Source: the human T2T-CHM13v2.0 reference genome, Homo sapiens
Length of the DNA stretch: 64,000 bases
NCBI RefSeq assembly: GCF_009914755.1
Contig: NC_060938.1
Reading direction: 5' to 3' (one strand)
Part shown: positions 51,101 through 64,000 of the stretch, piece after piece
Numbering within the stretch: the stretch's first letter is position 1
How the letters are laid out: each line of letters begins with the position of its first letter
Notes under the pieces: generated by a model
The model's input: only the letters and a program-made list of their open reading frames with translations
What the model was told of the DNA's origin: nothing
The model's database searches: none
Translations under genes and position numbers: made by a program

Positions 51101-51569
51101 ACCATGGATGGCAATAGCAATTTGCAGTAGCAAAGCAAAATGGGGGAAAAAAAGTTGTTCCTTGCGTAAAAAAATTTTAAGATAATAAAATGGACAAAAT
51201 ATTAAGAGAAACTTTCAATAAATACATAGTGAACTTGATTTTTAAATTTCTGTTCAATAATCAAAATGAATTGATAAAATTAGTCTCCTGAAATCAAAAT
51301 TAAATGTCCAAAAATTAAAAAAAAATTAACAGAATCTGAGCTTGTAACTTTATTGAGCAATAAAATGGCTTAGATTCTTACACAAAAAAGAAGACCATTT
51401 TTAGATGGAGATGTAAAAGAATCTGTTGTTTCGGTTATGAAAATTTTGTCAGAAAATTATAGGGAAAAGTCTAGAAAAATTTTTTTAAATGAAGGCTCTC
51501 CAATTGGAGACAAAACAGTTGCTATAGAATTCAAGACACCTCTAACAAAGTCAAAATTCAAATGATTCA

Positions 51570-51866
51570 GGCCGGAAGTGGTGGCTCACGCCTGTAATCC
51601 CAGCACTTTGGGAGGCCGAGGCGGGCTGATCAAATGAGGTCAGGAGTTCAAGACCAGCCTGGCCAACATGACAAAACCCTGTCTCTACTAAAAATAAAAA
51701 AAATTAGCCAGGAGTTGTGGTGTATGCCTGTAATCCCAGCTACTCGGGAGGCTGAGGCATGAGAATTGATTAAACCCGGAGGCAGAGGTTGCAGTGAGCC
51801 AAGATCATACCACTGCACTCCAGCCTGGGTGACAGAGTAAGACTCTGTTTCAAAAAAAAAAAAAAA
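51570..51866 (+). mobile_element. AluS
   Basis: Full Alu, TSD aaaattcaaatgattca. Confidence 0.95.
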
Positions 51867-52275
51867 TTCAAATGATTCAAAATTTCAAAAATTGCAAGTA
51901 CTTTTCTTTAGCTTTAGATGAATTATGCAGTATGAGATACTGCCCAATTAATACTTTTGGCTTTTTGTTTTGTTTTGTTTTATTGGTCTCAAAAGACTTC
52001 TAAATTTACAAAGAAATATGTGGCTCCCCCCCAAATTAAACTCATGGCATAGAATAATTTTGCTAGATATAAAAAGTGTGGTTTATATCAAAATGGATGG
52101 CGCTCCAGCCATGTTAGGTTAAAAGTTCAAATGTATTGGAATTTTAAAACAAGAGACTGGTGTTTCCATTATTGTTTTATCATACCACATGATACATATT
52201 TAAAATATTCGTGTTCAACTTTCTGAAACAGACTGTATGAAAAATTCATGGATATGGTTGTTAAAAATTTCTCAG

Positions 52276-57846
<5,571 letters not shown>

Positions 57847-58037
57847 CTTTTCTCAGTATATACTTGAAATATTATGGACGATTGCCAGTTTATGAAACTG
57901 TTGAAAGAAATAGAAGACAATAAATTTAATGATCTTGTATTCTTTGCCAATGCTTGTTGGTTGAGTGGTAGAAGAGCTTTACAAAGATTTATTGTACTGT
58001 TAGCTCCAAGATTCTCTTGTAACAAAAGGAATGATTG

Positions 58038-60019
<1,982 letters not shown>

Positions 60020-60066
60020 AGTTGACAAGTATTTTATTTTTTTAGAGATGGGGTCTCCCTCTTTCA

Positions 60067-60907
<841 letters not shown>

Positions 60908-61899
60908 CTAAATTTCAAATTCCCCGAAAAGGAAAAGTTTATTGCTGATCTAATTAGACAGGTCCGAAAATTTATGTAGAAATAGAAACTTTTCATAATA
61001 CAAATCTTGATAAAACATTACAAAAGCTACTGGATAATTGACTAAGTATGCTGCAACAGCATCCTGAGCTTCCACAGTGGGCCTGAAGCAGCAAATTAAA
61101 TGTTAGAGGAGTGGGGACTGAACACCCTCCTGCCTTCTTGAATCCAGCAAGATCTAGATACCAGGATTTCCTTACCTCACCTGCCCAGATACAGGTGTTA
61201 TTCTTAATTCCAAAAGACAGCTTCAAGTCGGTAAGATCTGATTTCTAGACCCAGCTCTGTTGGACGAGTTGTGAACAAAAAATTATACACTATCATTCAC
61301 CCTTTCGGTGCTTTATTTCCTAAGGCATGGGATGGGAACAATGAGTATCCGTCCAACCTACTTCACCAGCTTGTGAAAAACCAGAGTGAGAGAACACATC
61401 TGAAAGCACTGGGTAATGATGAGGCAGGTTATACTGAAACATGCACTGCCAGAGTTTGAACCAAGTTCTGCTGAAGACCTGTGTGACCGCGGTAAGTCAT
61501 GTAAATATGAACCGTTCCCCAATTTGTAAAACGTATTCTTTTCATGTCCCCAAACTGGTAGGAGCGAAGAGTGTCGGGGCGTTATTGGAGCCGTTTCTCA
61601 GCGCTCCACAGTGCACACCAAGAGGGCAGGTGTCCTTGCACTCGGTTTCTAAACTCTGGCTCTGGGCTTCTCTAGCCTCGCTCTCTTATTTACAGATGAA
61701 GAAGGCTCAGAGACCGAGTGACTTGTCCACGGTCACACAAGGAGTAGTGTTACAGAATCGATTCCAGGGCCACCGGGTCTGTAAGGCATTTGGCGCGGTG
61801 GCCGTTGGATGAGCAGCCAGCAATGGCGGCTCTGCAATGTCGACACCGCAAAGCCAAGCCAAGGCCCATCACCTAGCGGCCGGTTCACGCACTACAAGA

Positions 61900-62309
61900 A
61901 AAGTGCCGTGAAAAAAGACTCTGGGTGCTGCGGCAGACGGGAGCCAATACGCGCTAAGTTCGTTCTGCTAATTCCTTTTTTCTATTGGTCCTTCCAACTG
62001 TCAATCAATTATTTGACTGTCTCTTATTGGCTTGCCGTCAATCATTTTACTCAGTCTACCAATCACACGCTCTTTGCCAAGTGCTTTTTTTCGTCCTGAC
62101 GACTCTTTCTGAGTCTGACGAATTTAGCCAGTTCCTTTATTCCATTGGCCAGATCAGACTCCTCCTCTCGTTTATCCTGTTGGGGGCGGAAGTGAGAGAG
62201 CCCTTATTCGTATTGGCTTAGATTTGCAAGCGGCAGTTGTCTATCAAATCTATCAAGTCGCCCTTAGCGCTCAGGAAGTACGACACCGGAAGGGGTGGGC
62301 TTTGCGAAG
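61900..62309 (+). promoter_or_regulatory. NGDN: NGDN CpG-rich TATA-less promoter and 5' UTR
   Basis: Six CCAAT/ATTGG boxes, GGGGCGGAAGTG (SP/ETS) 62183-62194, ETS sites near 62272 and 62286, YY1 AAGATGGCGGC over the start codon. Confidence 0.8.
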
Positions 62310-63569
62310 ATGGCGGCGCTGGTGAGTTTGGTGTGGTTTCTTCCTCGCGTAGCTATTGTGGAGTTGTCCTTTGCCTTCAGCGGCTGGAGGCAAACTGTTG
62401 GTACCAGGGAAGGGTGGTGATGAAAGTTGCTTCAGGGAGGCGGCCTCCCTAGAGTTACCGTTCCTGTCCGGTAACCCAAGGGGCTGGCTTTAAGGCGAGT
62501 CTGTGAACCCGAGTGTGAAGGCCCCGAGTCTGGGTGTCTGACGGAGAGAGGGCAGTTTCCCACCCTAGACGTTCCACTTTCCTATAATCCTGAGGAAAGA
62601 ATGACTTTTCTTTACGCCTCCTCTCCCTTCTGTAGGGGGTGCTGGAGTCCGACCTGCCAAGTGCCGTGACACTTCTGAAAAATCTCCAGGAGCAAGTGAG
62701 TAGTGTCGCCTCTGGAATAAATTAGTCACGGATTGGCTTTGAGTTTGTGTACTTCACCTCAAAACTTTGGTGATTGAGATACGTGAATGCTTCCAAAAAC
62801 CTTAGAGTAAAATGATGTAATCAAAACCTTTTCACGCCAGAATTCTAAGTAATTGATTCTGCACCCAAGGGAATACAAGAAACTCCAAAAAGAAATTATA
62901 TGAATAGTTTTCCTTTATTCATATAGCTAAGGAAACCAGTGCTTGGAATGGTAACATGACTTGCCCTTTGGGTGCCCAGGTAATACACACTTATATACAG
63001 ATGCTTCTCGACTTAACGATGGAGGTTATGGCCTGATAAACCCATTGTAATTCGAAAACCTCATAAGTCGAAATTTAGGCTTGATGCCGCTGCCCAGCAT
63101 CACGAGAAAAGGACGGTTTCTACCGAATGCATATTTCTTTTACACCCTCGTAAAGTGGAAATTAAGTCATAAGTCGGGGAGTTATGTAGTTCTATGCATT
63201 GTAAGTTCAACTAGTACAAACAAAATTACAGTGCTTCAGTCACTACTCTCTCAGTCCTTTTCTCCTCCCCGTGGTTCAGTAAAAGATGGTCTCTTCTTTA
63301 AGAAGTGGAAAGTTTTTTTTTTTTAAACTTTTTGAAGAACCATCTCTCCTATGCTTTCCGAGAAGTGAGAAGATAGTACTATACTTTAGACAGTGTTTCA
63401 GATAATTTTTAGGTGGCATTGTTTAGCTTTTGCTCTTCACAGTTTGCAGACATAATTTGATATAGTCTAGTCATTGTTTTATTTGGGCTAATTTCAGGTG
63501 ATGGCTGTAACTGCACAAGTGAAATCACTGACACAAAAAGTTCAAGCTGGTGCCTATCCTACAGAAAAG
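62310..63569 (+). CDS. NGDN: Neuroguidin, coding exons 1-3 (62310-62321, 62636-62695, 63498-63569); gene continues beyond window
   Basis: Spliced translation MAAL-GVLESDLPSAVTLLKNLQEQ-VMAVTAQVKSLTQKVQAGAYPTEK; GT/AG at all junctions. Confidence 0.92.
62998..63186. mobile_element. MER47/Tigger-like DNA transposon in NGDN intron 2
   Basis: cagatgcttctcgactt..cgatgg terminus after TA, complementary taagtcgggga near the other end. Confidence 0.7.
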
Positions 63570-64000
63570 GTAAGATGTACTCAAACAGTAAGCATCCCCT
63601 GACTTAATGTTCTCAGTAGTTCTTTCATTGTATGTTTATTGTGTCTTATATATCCTAAGTGCTCGAGCTTCAAACATAAATATGATCCAGTTTCTGTGCT
63701 GAAGTCTAGAGGGAAGACAAAGCAAAGCAATAGATGTAAGTGTTAATAGTAGCAGTCACATTACAGAGTTATGAGTCTCCAGCCAAAGAGAGGGATTAAT
63801 TAACTGCCAGAAGAGCAGAGGGATTCAGGACAGGCTTCCCAGAGGAGGTGATAGGATTTTGAGGAATAAATGGGAGGGACAGAAAGAAGGAACATGTGCA
63901 AAGGCACAAAGGCCTGAAAGTATGGTGATAAGGGAAAGGAGTAAGTCATTTTTGTGATAGGATGTACTTTCTGTGTTATGTGTGTTGGGGGTAGGAAATA

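Overview
Human (primate-Alu-containing) genomic DNA from the cardiac myosin heavy chain locus (14q11.2 by recognition). On the - strand: the 5' end of MYH6 (exons 1-3 plus promoter, 27-1620), a ~4.5 kb intergenic spacer, and the complete 40-exon MYH7 gene (CDS 26730->5858, 38 coding exons, 5808 nt, 1935 aa). I checked every MYH7 exon boundary against the sequence: all are GT-AG except one GC donor. The intronic MIR208B hairpin and the region of the antisense lncRNA MHRT lie inside MYH7. Upstream of MYH7 are ~11 kb of comparatively repeat-poor DNA with cardiac transcription factor motif clusters, then ~21 kb of nested transposon fossils (L1, L2, Alu, MaLR/ERV LTRs, a fragmented hAT transposon). 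The promoter and first three coding exons of NGDN follow on the + strand. This is a heavily studied locus and I see no wholly new gene system. The least-explained signals are: (1) a templated copy of MYH7 intron 39 (Alu tail plus unique flank) inserted in the intergenic spacer; (2) a + strand muscle-type promoter pointing into the MYH7 3' end; (3) a 79-bp GATA/E-box module duplicated upstream of MYH7; (4) inverted Alus bracketing an in-frame, stop-free block of exons 25-39; (5) several template-switch scars. Repeat subfamily names are from recall of consensus sequences and their boundaries are approximate.
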